From positions 833,275 to 897,274 of the forward strand of contig MU004234.1 in the NCBI GenBank assembly GCA_010405405.1: 64,000 nt of DNA, read 5' to 3'. This stretch comes from Microthyrium microscopicum. Its lineage: Eukaryota. Both the position numbers and the translations under genes were made by a program. Positions 39,044-52,090 of the stretch are shown one piece after another; positions within the stretch are counted from its first letter, which is position 1, and every line of letters starts with the position of its first letter. Below the pieces are notes generated by a model. The model ran no database searches and was not told the DNA's origin. It was given only the letters and a program-made list of their open reading frames with translations.

Positions 39044-41787
39044 TTAGCATGAGGCGCCTAAAAGGATACCTTTGATTGAAGTTAGTAATTGACCCTTTCA
39101 TCGTATGATCAGGTAACATACCAAAATTCGAGAAGACTACCCAAACAGTCGCCATTGACCAAATGCTTGGAGGACAATATCTAAGCCGATGATTAGCTTT
39201 CACCAGCTGTAAGAGGGAAGCAACTCACTTGTCGTCATATAATCCGACGAACCCAACCCAAAACAGCCATTGTCCGACGAATGGCAACACCATGAGTATG
39301 AAGACTCTCCGGATATTCGACAAAATCTGGCTGTTGAGACCCATACGCGAAAGCGCATCCTCCCAGTGCATGTTTTCTCGATCATCAACTTCAACCTCCT
39401 TTGTCGTCGCAGTGATTTTACCTCCCTTATTCCAAGAATCCAGCGCAATATCATCGTCTCGTAAGCGCTGAGAGTTCCGCTTATCAGCTCTCCTCTTGCG
39501 CCATTTCTGTGGCCAGCATTTGGCAAGCATTCTACCGAAGCCACCAAGTGCCTTCTTGATGCCTCTCCAGATCGCATTGCCAAGTCTATTAGCCACAGTG
39601 CCTACACCAAGGTAATTCCAGATCACGTAGATGTAGAAGAAGCCGATGGCAACAATCCAGAGTAATGCACCAGAGAACATCAGCAAAGCATCTTTCCTGT
39701 GCGGCGCATACTGCAGAGCATTCTTGAGATAGAAACCATTCTTGGCAGCAAACGAGACAGTGCGACCAATTATCACAGCGCCGATCGATTGCAGTACCGT
39801 CTCTACCAGCAACGCAGATGCTGCAAGGCTCACATACATGCTTTTCTCCTTTTCGACCGGACCTAGCGCTGTCGACATCCACGCTACACGCGGTCTGGCC
39901 ATCCAGAATAACACCAGCGTGCCCAAGGGTGGCGCGATCCATCCCGCTTTACGAGCTATCATGAGTGCATTGACGGCGTTGGCTAGTATGTTGGTGCCGA
40001 CTGTAAACGCAGCTACAAAGGGCCAAGCCGGACTACCTGGGTGTCCGAAGAAGCCACATGTTAGTTTTTTGACGATGGTTCTACGGCCGAGGACAAGTGA
40101 AGAAAGAGCGACGATTATATTTATAACGGCAAAGGAGGCGATTTTGTTTGCGTTGCTGGGACATTTAGCAGTAGGTTTGGCACTTGCGGCTGGCTCGATG
40201 GTCCAGTCCCATGGGAGCAGGTCTGCGTAGTATGCGTCTGTTCGCTTGGTATTTTCAGTCCAATTTCTGGCAAAGACTTGTCCGATTGTGGATTGCTGAG
40301 TGCTGCAGAGACCCATGATCCAGTTATAGTAGGCTCGCCTGTCGCCACGATTGGAGGTACATAGTTCTGAACAGCTGTTGGCGAGAAGGGCGCTGCAGTA
40401 GCAGTCGGCTGGCCCGGGAGGGAATGCTTCGCTCCAACATGCTTGTGCGGCGGTGTATAGTGCTGTACAGGTGGTATTCATGGCATCTACACATCCTGGA
40501 GGGCTTTTCTTGATTTGGGACAAGTATGCTGATGGGCTTCCTGTCGCGCCTGGACTAGCCGAGGGAAGCGAACGAGTAGCATATGCTTCAATAAACGAGT
40601 ACTGAGTAGAGGCGCCCGAAGTTGTGGTATGTACGGTGACTGTGGATCCCTGATAAGCTCCCTGCAGGCCAGCAAGGTCGAGAACCGTCAACGTTTTTCC
40701 TATACTCGAGTAGGGGCTGTATGTTGAAGTATAACACTGGTATGCTTCCATGGAATTGAGAATAAATGTTTGGCATATTTGGTAGCTTTTAGCGTAGCTA
40801 TTGAATGATGAGAACATGGGCGTTCAGGACTAGACTTGTGCATACTTACCAGCTAAGTTTCTGCGCCTCCGAATTGACTGGGGCAGTCGTATACCCAGTG
40901 CTTACACTCGTCTCCGTTTTTGTGGTTAGTTTGTACGATCCAGAAGTATAGAAACTACTCGTAGTTATGTAAACCGAAGTCTTGAAGGAGTATATCAGCT
41001 GCGAAGTGAGCTGCAAGGAATCTGTATGATAAGAATACGCTGTAACTGTCTTCGGTGTGGTGATAGTATGAATATCATAGCTCATCAAGCAAACTGAGCT
41101 TGACCATACTGTGTTCCATGTGCAGCTATATGAGATCGTATTGTATGAATAGCTTTCTTGGTACGTCTGCGATGGGAAAGAGGTGGTACTATATTGATAA
41201 CTGTTCAGGAGCGTGATGTCCACACAGCCATTTCGGGATGCGACATCAGCTGCTGAGGACTGATGGCAGTAGAATTGGTTGCCAGTTGATGTACAGGTCG
41301 CCGCATTGCTAAACCAGAAGGAAGCCGCATTGGCAGTGACTACAGATCCATCTCCATTACAACCTACGAACTCTACACAACATTAGATCAATATCGAAGC
41401 AATATGCAAAGGAATTATACCAATTCCAGTTCCTGTGCCGTTGTCGAACGGTATGAAGCCACATAATGCAGCCGGCAAAGTCGATATCTTGGTGTTTCCG
41501 GCAACAAGCCGTCCCAATTTCGCGGTATTGGTAGTCGCTGGAGCTGCACCAGAGCTCGTCACGTTCGTGCTCGCAGCTTGACGTTTATGAAGCTCGAATA
41601 TCGAAACTGGAATTTGCTCAGCCCAGGCAGTAGGCTGCGACTTGGGGATGGCATTGAAATGAGTCTTGATCAATTCTTCTTGCCAAGACACGTTTGTCAC
41701 ACTGGTTGGTGGTGTCGTTCTCGTTGGAGTCGCAATGCTCGCGTGAGCACAGGAGAGCAACACTGCGACACGAAGAAGGCATGTCAT
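39044..41787 (-). CDS. Signal peptide + Ser/Thr-rich ectodomain + 8-Cys CFEM-like module + ~7 transmembrane helices; exons 41787-41421, 41372-40850, 40785-39229, 39180-39122, 39069-39044
   Basis: Four GT-AG introns join the ORFs in frame; hydrophobic segments identified by eye. Confidence 0.75.
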
Positions 41788-43858
41788 CGCAGCGAAGCAC
41801 GCCCTGCGGATAAAGAACTCTCAATGAAAGAAGACCCTCCATCCTGAAAATCCTAGAAGAACCCATCCTTTAAAGATGACCTTTGCCGCGGAGTTCTTGG
41901 TATTCAATAGGGGTGCAGCTGTCGTGAGAAAGAATCAGACGAGTTGCCCAAATTGAGCCAAACAGTAGCCCGTACGCCAGCCAAAGGCGCAACACACTGC
42001 AAGGTACGCGCTCGGGGGCTTGCCAAGCCAATGAACCAGGCCTTTTGGACCATATATCAGCCTGATGAATTTATGCGCGCCGATTTTGGGGTGGAATAAT
42101 GATGATACCTTTTTTCAGCTGGAGCAGTACAATAGGTTGGGTTGCTCGATGCCACTGATCCCCAGAGAAGTGTGTGGTATTTGCGGAGGGCCATATTATA
42201 TCCGTCAAAAGCTCAAATTACCTTTTTATATTGTTATTAATCAGGCTTCGAATCTATATGATCGAGATTAAAACTGGAAAGTATCTTTCGTGGTGTCAGT
42301 TTTGCCCCGAGAGCGTTGCTTTTGTAGAGGTTAAGAGTGGGCCAATGTTAATCCGCCACCCTAAAAACACTATCCCGCCACCCTAAAATCACTATCCCGC
42401 CTCCATAGTAATCTAGATCAGCTACTAGTCCTAAATAGGAAATAAATATTTTTTTTTTGCTACTTATTAGGATTAGCGCTATTAAGTATACTTACTTATC
42501 TTAATATTGCTAAAATTCTAACTTTATTTCTTATTTTTAGCAAAATTCTACTACTACTCTACTAAAATCTACTAATACTTCCTTTAACTATAACTTTATT
42601 AAATAGTAATTAAATAATATATAGATAATAAGAATTATTCCTTTTATAAAGTAGTTTATAAAGTAATATAAAATTATAGTAAAATTTATAGTTATACTAT
42701 AATTAAAAAGTAATTTAAAACTTAAAAAGATGCTAATTTTTCTTACGTCTACTATCTTAAATATAATTAATACTTAATCTATCTTTCTATCTTTCTTAGA
42801 ATATAAGAACTTACTATTAAAGAAGTAAACTATCTATTTTAATATATTATTAAATAGCGTATAAATATTAATAATAGCTAAATATAAAATATTAAAGTTA
42901 AATCTAATTATTATAACTATCTTTTATCTTAAGATTCTATAAAATACCCTTAATATTATTAAGATATATTAAAATATATTAATAATAGTAGAAAGATTAA
43001 TAATTATATAGAATAGAACTAGAAATTAAAGTAGATATATTCTATACTTATTAAGAATAAGACTATTATAATAATTTTATAGAATATTTATAATTAGTAA
43101 ATATATACTTAAATTAAATATTTAAGTAATAAAATACTTATAGAGGTATTAATTTAAGACCTTAAAGTTAATAAAGAACTTATTTATAAATATTTTATAT
43201 CTTTAGAGCTTTATTTATAATATATTTTCTTTACTATACTTTTATAGTTAAAGCTTTATTAGACTTATTTAGATATCTTATTATTAAATATTACTTATAG
43301 TATTAATAAATATAAAATACTACTTCTTTACTTTATTAGTATTAATTTAGTAAATAAATACTTCTTTTTAAAGTTTTATTTTATAATAAGTAAATTAAAA
43401 GAGGATTATATCTAAGCCTTTAAAGTATTTAATTATTCTATATACTATAGTAGTATTAAATTACTAAATATTATACTTACTAACTATTATTAAGCCTTTA
43501 AGAATATATTAAATTAGGTTCTATTAGTATCTTAACTTATTTACTTATTTTACTTTAATAAAGCTATTTATTACTAATTTAAACTAGCCTTTAAAACTAA
43601 GGAATATATAAAAGGTAGTCTTAGTTATCTTAAAGTACTAATAGAAAAGGATTCTATATAAAATATTTAATAAAAGGTTAGTTCTTTAGCTCTTTATTAA
43701 AGATAGTTTACTAATAAATTACTAAGTAGTTTATTCTTTAATTAAAGAAAAGTATAACGTTACCTAGCTTAATTTTAACGCTAAATATTTTACCTCTTAT
43801 TCTATATTAGTTTCTTATCTAAATAATACTTAAATACTATTTAAAAAGTAATTTATTA

Positions 43859-45060
43859 TTATTAAATCTTGTTTATTGTCTTTTAGCTACGCTAATAGGC
43901 TATATAGACGCTACTCTTAATAAGCGAGTAAAAACCTTTATCTAATTAGCTAATCTACCTAAATCTAGCTAAGTATAACTCGCTCTAGGCCTAAGGCCTA
44001 GTCTAGCTTTAGCTAATCTCTATATATTTAGTAAACTAAGGCGCTAACTATATAAAGGAAAACCCTACTATTATATTCTATAGGCTAATCTGTGCTAAGG
44101 CTAATAATACTATGCTACCCTATTAGCTTCCTAAGCTATAAAAGTATTAGTAGGTTGGGAGAGCTAAATTTTGGGTAGTATCTAACTGTAGTACCTCTCT
44201 AGGCTAGTATTTATTATAGGTTATTATTCTTCTATTTAGTCTACTGCTTTAAGTTCTTAAAGTTGCCAATATTATTGTCCCCTAAGGGGCTAAGATTCCT
44301 TCCTTATTATTATATTAGATCTCTTTATTCGTACTGTAATACTAAGTCTAAGGTAGCGTTAATAGTTTACTAGGAGCTATTTATCTACGCTATGCTTTAC
44401 TTTTAAGCTAAGATCTAGGGTCCTTTAGACTAGTATATTTTAGGTTACTTTCCCTAAGTCTGCTAACTTTTTCTATAGCGCTGTATTGCTAACTTATAGG
44501 TACTATACTTACTAAGTTGTAGTGTCCCTAAATTCTATAAGTTTCTACTATGTTATTTAGTCCGATCCTTACTTTACGTAGCTAGGATTTTAGTTTTACT
44601 AAGCTAGGGCCAATCGTCTAATCTAATTGCTAAGAGCTGTAAAAGAATTAGCTTTAGTATACTAATTTTACTATACTTTAGCGATGTTGTAGCTTATTTT
44701 TATATAGCTTTACGTACCGTATAGCTATAGCTAGTTTCTAATTATATAATTTTAACGCTAGTCCGTTGTTAGTTAGTAAGGCTTTGATAAGGATGATCTT
44801 ATAGCTATATATAGCGGTTACGTAATACAAAAATTTGTACCTTTCGCGACGTGTTAAAAAGAGCTATAGCTCGTCCTCTATACCTACTAAAAAAGGAAGG
44901 ATAACCTTCCCTAAAAAGAAGTAAACGTGGCTTTAAAAGTGAGTAACGATTACCTTTTTAGGGTAGTAGGAGAGACGGGAATCGAACCTGTGCTTTACGG
45001 ATTCTTAAATAGGTAGGGCCTGCCGCAAGATTACAAGTACTACCACTATACTACTCCCCC
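43859..45060 (-). mobile_element. tRNA-derived SINE-like non-LTR insertion (~1.2 kb)
   Basis: Absent from monomer B; 17 bp TSD TAAAAAGTAATTTATTA (43842-43858, 45061-45077); tRNA-like 5' head; A-rich 3' end. Confidence 0.75.
44967..45060 (-). pseudogene. tRNA-like head of the SINE (Pol III A and B boxes; anticodon not assignable)
   Basis: GGGGGAG/CTCTCCT acceptor stem; A box TAGTATAGTGG (45053-45043); B box GGTTCGATTCC (44988-44978); an extra ~20 nt in the anticodon-loop region. Confidence 0.75.
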
Positions 45061-48000
45061 TAAAAAGTAATTTATTAAAGCTTTTATAATAGAATTTAAG
45101 TATTTTAGTACTTTTATAACTTTACTATTAGAAGGACTCTATTTAAGCCTAAAATCTTAGCTAAAATCTTCTAAAATAGACCTCTATATAGTTATAAAGA
45201 ATATTAAACTTATAGTTAATACTTAATATACTAAATTAAAAAGTATTTTAGAATTAGACTCTATTTAAATCTCTTATAATATTAGTATATATATAATTTT
45301 TATTCTTTTTTAAGATTTATAATTTCTTATTTTAAATATAGCTTATATTATAATTAGAAAGTAATATTAAAGATATAGAAATAAAAATATTATATTAAAA
45401 TATTTTTGCTACTATACTAAGATATTTACTAAAATAAATAATATTATTTACTTTTATATAATATAAAAATATTTTATATTTAATAACTATTAGTAAATAA
45501 ATTTTATAAATATTAATCTATATTAATATTATAATTAATCTAAATTTAGTAATACTTCTTAGCTACTTTTAGGTTTATAATTTATACTTTCTTTATTAGA
45601 ATTAGTTCTTTCTATTCTACCTCTAAATATTATATATACTTTAAGTTATTTATATATAGAATAAGCTTTATCTTTAACTAATAGAATATAAAGCTACTAA
45701 GAAATTAAGTTATAGCTTTTTACTAATATTATTAATAGTTAAATCGTTACTAAAGCTATAGATTATAAGAATATTTTATAAGAAGTTACTAAAACTATAG
45801 TTATATAAGCTTATAAAGTTATTAATCTTATTAACTCTTTACTACCTTAAAAATATTAAAAATAAAATATTATTTCTTTATATAAGGCTTTTTTAGTAGA
45901 TTAATCTCTAACTCTCTTTTATATACTATTTATATATAAATAGAAGGAATATAATAATCTAGTAATAGAATTATAAATACTTTAAGCTAAGATAGTACTT
46001 ATATATAGAGTACGTAAAGAATATAAATAGAATAGAAAATATAAATCTTATAAAGGAATTATAATATCTCTAACTTATAAAGGCTATAATAGTAGAGAAA
46101 TAATTATATTAACTTTATAAACTTATAGTAGTAAAGAATAAGCTATTTATACTTTAAATAGTATTAATTTTAATTAAAATAGCTTTAAGATAAAGTAATT
46201 ACTATAAGTAGTAGATAGTAATAAAAGTTATACTTTAAGATTTATACTACTTAAGCGCTAATAATACTAATAGTACTAATAGTATAACTATACGCTAATA
46301 CTTATTACTTCTAAAAAATATATTTATTTCCTATTTAAGACTAGTAACTAATCTAGATTACTATAGAGGCAGAATAGTAATTTTAAAGTAGTAGGATAGT
46401 ATTTTTAGGGTAGTAAATTAATATTAGTCTTATTAGCTAATGTTAATTTACTACCTTAAAAATACTATCTTACTACTCTAAAATTACTATTTTACCTTTA
46501 TAGTAATCTAGATTAGCTACTAGTCCTAAATAGGAAATAAATATATTTTTTCTACTACTTATTAAGATTAATACTACTAAGTATACTTACTTATCTTAAT
46601 ATTACTAAAATCCTAACTTTATCTCTTATTTTTAGTAAAATTTTATTACTACTTTATTAAAATTTACTAATACTTTCTTTAACTATAACTCTATTAAATA
46701 GTAAATAAATAATATATAGATAATAAAGATTATTTCTTTTATAAAGTAGCTTATAAAGTAATATAAAATTATAGTAAAATTTATAGTTATACTATAGTTA
46801 AAAAGTAATCTAAAATTTAAAAAAATACTAATTTGTTTTATATTTATTATTTTAAATATAATTAATACTTAACCTACTTCTTTATCTTTTTTAGAATATA
46901 AGAACCTACTATTAAAGAAGTAGAATATTTATTTTAATATATTATTAAATAGTATATAGATATTAATAATAGCTAGATATAGAATATTAAAGTTAAATCT
47001 AATTATTATAACTATTTCTTATTTTAAGATTCTATAGGATACTCTTAATATTATTAAGACGTATTAAAATATATTAATAGTAGTAGAAAAATTAATAATT
47101 ATATAAAATAAAGCTAAGAATTAAAGTAAATATATTCTATACTTATTAAGAATAAGGCTATTATAATAATTTTATAAAATATTTATAATTAGTAAATATA
47201 TACTTAAATTAAATATTTAGGTAGTAAAATACTTATAGAAGTATTAATTTAAAACCTTAAAGTTAATAAAGAACTTATTTATAAATATCTTATATCTTTA
47301 GAGCTTTATTTATAATATATCTTTTTTATTATACTTTTATAGTTAAAGCTCTATTAAACTTATCTAGATATTATATTATTAAATACTATTTATAGTATTA
47401 ATAAATATAAAATACTACTTCTTTACTTTACTAGTATTAATTTAGTAAATAAATACTTTTCTATAAGGTTTTATTTTATAATAAGTAAATTAGAAAAAGA
47501 TTATATTTAAGCCTTTAAAATATTTAATTATTTTATATACTATAATAGTATTAAATTATTAAATATTATACTTACTAACTATTATTAAGCTTTTAAGAAT
47601 ACGTTAAATTAGATTCTATTAGTAGCTTAATTTATTTACTTATTTTATCTTAATAAAGCTATCTATTACTAGTTTAAACTAGCTTTTAAAACTAAGGAAT
47701 ATATAAAAGGTAGTCCTAATTATTTTAAAGTACTAGTAGAGAAGGATTCTATATAAGATATCTAGTAAAAGATTAGTTTTTTAGCTCTTTATTAAAGATA
47801 GTTTATTAATAAATTATTAAGTAATTTACTTTTTAACTAAGAAAGAGTATAATACTACTTAGCTTAATTTTAATATTAAATACTTTACTTTTTATTCTAT
47901 ATTAGTTTCTTATCTAAATAATACTTAAATACTATTTAAAGAGTAATTTACTAAAGCTTTTATAGTAGAATTTAAGTATTTTAGTACTTTTATAACTTTA

Positions 48001-48683
48001 TTATTAAAAAGACTCTATTAAGGCTTAAAATCTTAGCTAAAATCTTCTAAAATAGATCTCTATATAGTTATAAAGAATATTAAACTTATAGTTAATACTT
48101 AGTATACTAGATTAAAAAGTATTTTAGAATTAGACTTTATTTAAATTTCTTATAATACTAGTATATATATAATTTTTATTTTTTCTTAAAATTTATAGCT
48201 CTTTATCTTAAATATAGCTTATATTATAATTAAAGAGTAATATTAAAAATATAGAGATAAGAATATTATATTAGAATACTTTTACTACTATATTAAAATA
48301 TTTATTAAGATAAATAATATTATTTATTCTTATATAATATAAGAATATCTTATATTTAATAATTATTAGTAAATAGATTCTATAGATATTAATTTATATT
48401 AGTATTATAATTAATCTAAATCTAGTAATACTTCTTAGCTACCTTTAAGCTTATAATTTATACCTTCTTTACTAAAACTAGTCTCTTTTATTCTATCTCT
48501 AAATATTATATACGTTTTAGGTTATTTATATATAGAATAAGCTTTATTTTTAATTAGTAGAATATAAAGCTATTAGAAGATTAAGTTATAGCTCTTTGCT
48601 AGTATTATTAATAATTAAATTACTACTAAAGCTATAAATTATAAGAATATTTTATAAGAAGTTACTAAAACTATAGTTATATA

Positions 48684-49399
48684 TATCGTGAAAAAATTAT
48701 CATTGATTTAAGCTATCCGATAGCACTAATAATAGCTATAACTATTATACGTAGTAGGTCATCTAAGGAGTTAGAAATAACTTTAAAATAACTGTAATAA
48801 CCTACGATAACCTAAAGATTAATAAATTAGATAAAAGGATTTTACTAAAGTTCTTAAGTGTAATAACTAATTAACTAATCTAGCTATGCGCCTAAAGATC
48901 TTGCTATAGGCTAAAATATAGGGTTTAGTACCTTTGGTTTAATCTAGAAATAAAAANNNNNNNNNNNNNNNNNNNNNNNNNNNNNNNNNNNNNNNNNNNN
49001 NNNNNNNNNNNNNNNNNNNNNNNNNNNNNNNNNNNNNNNNNNNNNNNNNNNAACTTTTAAGATATAAAAATAATAAAAACATATCTAGATAGAGCTTAAC
49101 GAGCTCTAAATAGTAATATAAAAATTATACCTTAAAGTTGCCTATTCGGGTTACGATATCTCCAATAACTACGATAGATTTCAAATAACTACGATAGATT
49201 TTAAATAACTATGATAGATTTTTGATGTATTTAAAATAACTACGATGAGTTTAAAATAACTAGAATAACTAGAATTATTTAGTACTTTATCCGATGTACA
49301 TCTAATGCGCATCTAATGTCTTTAAAATAACTAAAATAACCGTTTTACCGTCGGATACGTAGTTTAATTTGCGATGCATAATAATTTTTTCACGATTAG
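48684..49399. mobile_element. Small TIR (MITE-like) element nested in MULE monomer B at a TA site
   Basis: Absent from monomer A; inverted repeat ATCGTGAAAAAATTAT (48685-48700 / 49381-49396); 20 bp tandem repeat x3 at 49161-49220; contains an N gap. Confidence 0.75.
48957..49051. other. Assembly gap (95 N)
   Basis: Run of N. Confidence 1.
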
Positions 49400-50428
49400 T
49401 AAGCCTATAAAGTTATTAATTTTACTAACTTTTTATTACCTTAAAAATATTAAAAATAGGATATTATTTTCTTATATAAGGCTCTTTTAATAAATTAATC
49501 TTTAACTCTTTTTTATATACTATTTATATATAAATAAAAGGAATGTAATAATCTAGTAATAGAATTATAAGTACTTTAAGCTAAGATAGTATTTATATAT
49601 AGAGTATATAGAGAATATAAATAAGGTAGAGAATATAGATCTTATAAAGGAACTATAATACCTTTAACTTATAAAAGCTATAGTAATAAAAAAATAACTA
49701 TATTAGCTTTATAGAGTTATAATAGTAGAGAATAAGCTATTTACGTTTTAAATAGTATTAATTTTAATTAAAATAACTTTAAAATAAAGTAATTACTATA
49801 AGTAGTAGATAGTAATAAAAGTTATGCTTTAAGATCTATACTACTTAAGTACTAGTAGTGCTAATAATGCTAACGATATAACTACACGTTAGCACTTATT
49901 ACTTCTAGAAAATATATTTATTTCCTATTTAAGACTAGCAGCTAATCTAGATTACTATGGAGGCGGGATAGTGATTTTAGGGTAGCGGGATAGTGTTTTT
50001 GGGGTGGCGGATTAACATTGGCCTTAAGAGTGACTAGAGTAAAAGAGGCGATAATAACTTGCCTATACTACTGTAATATCATTTTGTTGAACAATCTTTT
50101 CACCTCACTGATTCATTTTATTTTACTAGTTCTACAAGGATTAAGAGACGAACCTCGATGATCAGTTCTTCTCCTGAGCTGGACTCAGTAACATACATCA
50201 CCACTATCTGAGTCTCTGAGATATGCCGTATGGGGGAGAAGAAGGATTATGATGCATATGCACAAGGCTAAGAAAAGCAATCATAGCCCATACAAAATAC
50301 GGCCTGTAGCTTTGTCAGCCACTTCAAGTTGCGTCCAGAGATACTCTAGGGTCACTCTCGTGTTTGCATAATCCAGCCTGAGCCCATCCTGTACATAGGA
50401 GTCAGGACCGAGAATTTCCAGTTTCAGA

Positions 50429-52090
50429 ATGCAGTATCAAAGCGTTACCAGTCTTAAGGCGGCAGCCATTCTGTCACTTATCTACCTCGTGTACATTCTT
50501 GGCTTATATGCTTATCGTTTTTTCTTTCACCCACTGTCAAAGTTTCCAGGACCCAAACTAGCAGCTTTGAGTCACTGGTATGAGTTTTACTACGATGTTT
50601 TGCAGCATGGGCAGTTCACAGAGCATATTCAAGAGCTGCATAAGCTTTACGGTAAGTAGTCGTCTAGTGTGGCATTAAAGCTACTAGTGTTGACAGGCAT
50701 GATGTATGAAGATGGCAGCTTCCAGAATATATCACTGAGCTTCCGAATAGGTCCAATTGTACGAATCACACCCACGGAGATTCATATCAGCGACCCAGAG
50801 TTCTATGATACTCTTTATGAGAGATCTGGCCGACGAGACAAATATGGCTACTTCTCCCGTCGCTTCGGGTATGCATCTGATAGCTTTAGCACCATACACC
50901 ATGATGTGCACCGCATGCGACGAAGAGCACTTTCGCCGTTCTTTTCGGTCAAATGCATCTCTGAGTTCCAACCAGTCATACGAGCAAAGACGGCAAAATT
51001 CTGCAACAAGATCGCGGAGTATCAGTAAGCCGGTCGGGTTCTTCCCCTGCATTCGGCATTGATGGCTCTCACCACAGATATCATTACAGAATACGCATTC
51101 GCCAATTCCTACGACCAGCTTGATAGTCCAAATTTTAAGGACACTTTGCACGACGCCCTTCTCACTTGCTACATCACGGGCCACTTTGCTCTTCATTTCC
51201 TTTTCGTCTTCCCGATCCTTGACTCACTGCCCGACTGGTTCGTTATCAAAGTTCAACCTCTCCTCCGACCTATGGTTGGCATCAAGCGGGATTTAGCACA
51301 GAAAGTTCGCGCTATCCGGGACGGGACCAACGGTGGACACAAGAGTGCTTCTCATGCCACGATATTCCACGAGCTACTTCACAGCGATCTACCCGAGCCC
51401 GAAAAGACTGACAAACGACCCGCTGATGAAGCACAGCTCATCGTCGCTGCGGTCTAATCACAGCGTCTTGGGCACTCACGGTCGCGAGTTTCCATTTGGC
51501 TGTCGACCCAGCTAGACTGGCAAAGCTACGTGCTGAGTTACGCTCTGCAGGGGTTTCAGCAAGTGATGAGACGGATTGGCGAACACTCGAAGGACTATCT
51601 TATCTTAATGGGTGCGTTCGTAAAGCCATAAGACTAGCTCATGGAACGAGTACGCGTTCACCGTGGTTGGCACATGACCAAGAGTTGCATTATCAGGACT
51701 GGGTGATCCCGAAGAATACACCAGTGAGCATGACGAATGTAGATATTCTCATGAATGAGGATATATATCTGGAGCCTAAAGAGTTTCGGCCAGAGAGATG
51801 GATTGAGAACCCTGTGTTGGAGAAGTATTTTGTGCCCTTCACGAAAGGTAGTTGGCAGTGTCTGGGACTTAAGTAAGTTGATCAGAGGAATAAACCGAAT
51901 AACAGGCTGATCTCGACACAGTTTGGCACAAGCGGAGCTGTATATTGTGCTTGCCATGGTATTCATTCGCTTTGATTTCCAACTGTATGAGACTGATGTG
52001 TCCGACGTTGAGATGGTGCATGCGTATTTGATTCCTTATTCTAAATGGGAGAGCAAAGGGGTGAGAGTTCTTGTCAATTCGATTGACTAA
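50429..52090 (+). pseudogene. Cytochrome P450 pseudogene (CYP58/Tri4-like clan)
   Basis: Motifs HPLSKFPGPKLAA, GPIVRITPTEIHI, FRPERW and FTKGSWQCLG. In-frame TAA at 51026-51028; frameshift near 51452 in the I-helix; ExxR changed to KAIR; heme-loop R>W. Confidence 0.87.

Larger units (their letters stand above)
42340..46429. mobile_element. MULE monomer A (~2.87 kb plus SINE-like insertion)
   Basis: Colinear with monomer B at offset about 4095; RIP-mutated right TIR ends at 46429. Confidence 0.85.
42340..50023. mobile_element. Head-to-tail dimer of a Mutator-like (MULE) DNA transposon, RIP-degenerate
   Basis: ~110 bp TIRs starting GGCCAATGTTAATCCGCCACCC; perfect 9 bp TSD TTAAGAGTG (42331-42339, 50024-50032); internal TIR-TIR junction at 46429/46435. 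Confidence 0.88.
46435..50023. mobile_element. MULE monomer B (~2.87 kb plus nested TIR element)
   Basis: Left TIR RIP-mutated (AGCTAATGTTAAT); right TIR nearly intact. Confidence 0.85.

Noticed and set aside
44967..45060. Functional tRNA gene
   Set aside because: The stems carry RIP-type mismatches, the anticodon loop is abnormal, and it forms the terminus of a TSD-bounded insertion.
49161..49280. CRISPR-like array
   Set aside because: Contiguous tandem repeats with no unique spacers, inside a eukaryotic transposon.
51025..51077. GTAAGC...CAG intron that would remove the P450 stop
   Set aside because: Splicing it shifts the frame and deletes conserved P450 sequence (LMALTTD); other lesions remain.
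10087..52090. NOS + DUF4188 + P450 as a nitration/biosynthetic gene cluster
   Set aside because: The genes are tens of kb apart, separated by housekeeping genes, with no backbone synthase in the window, and the P450 is a pseudogene.
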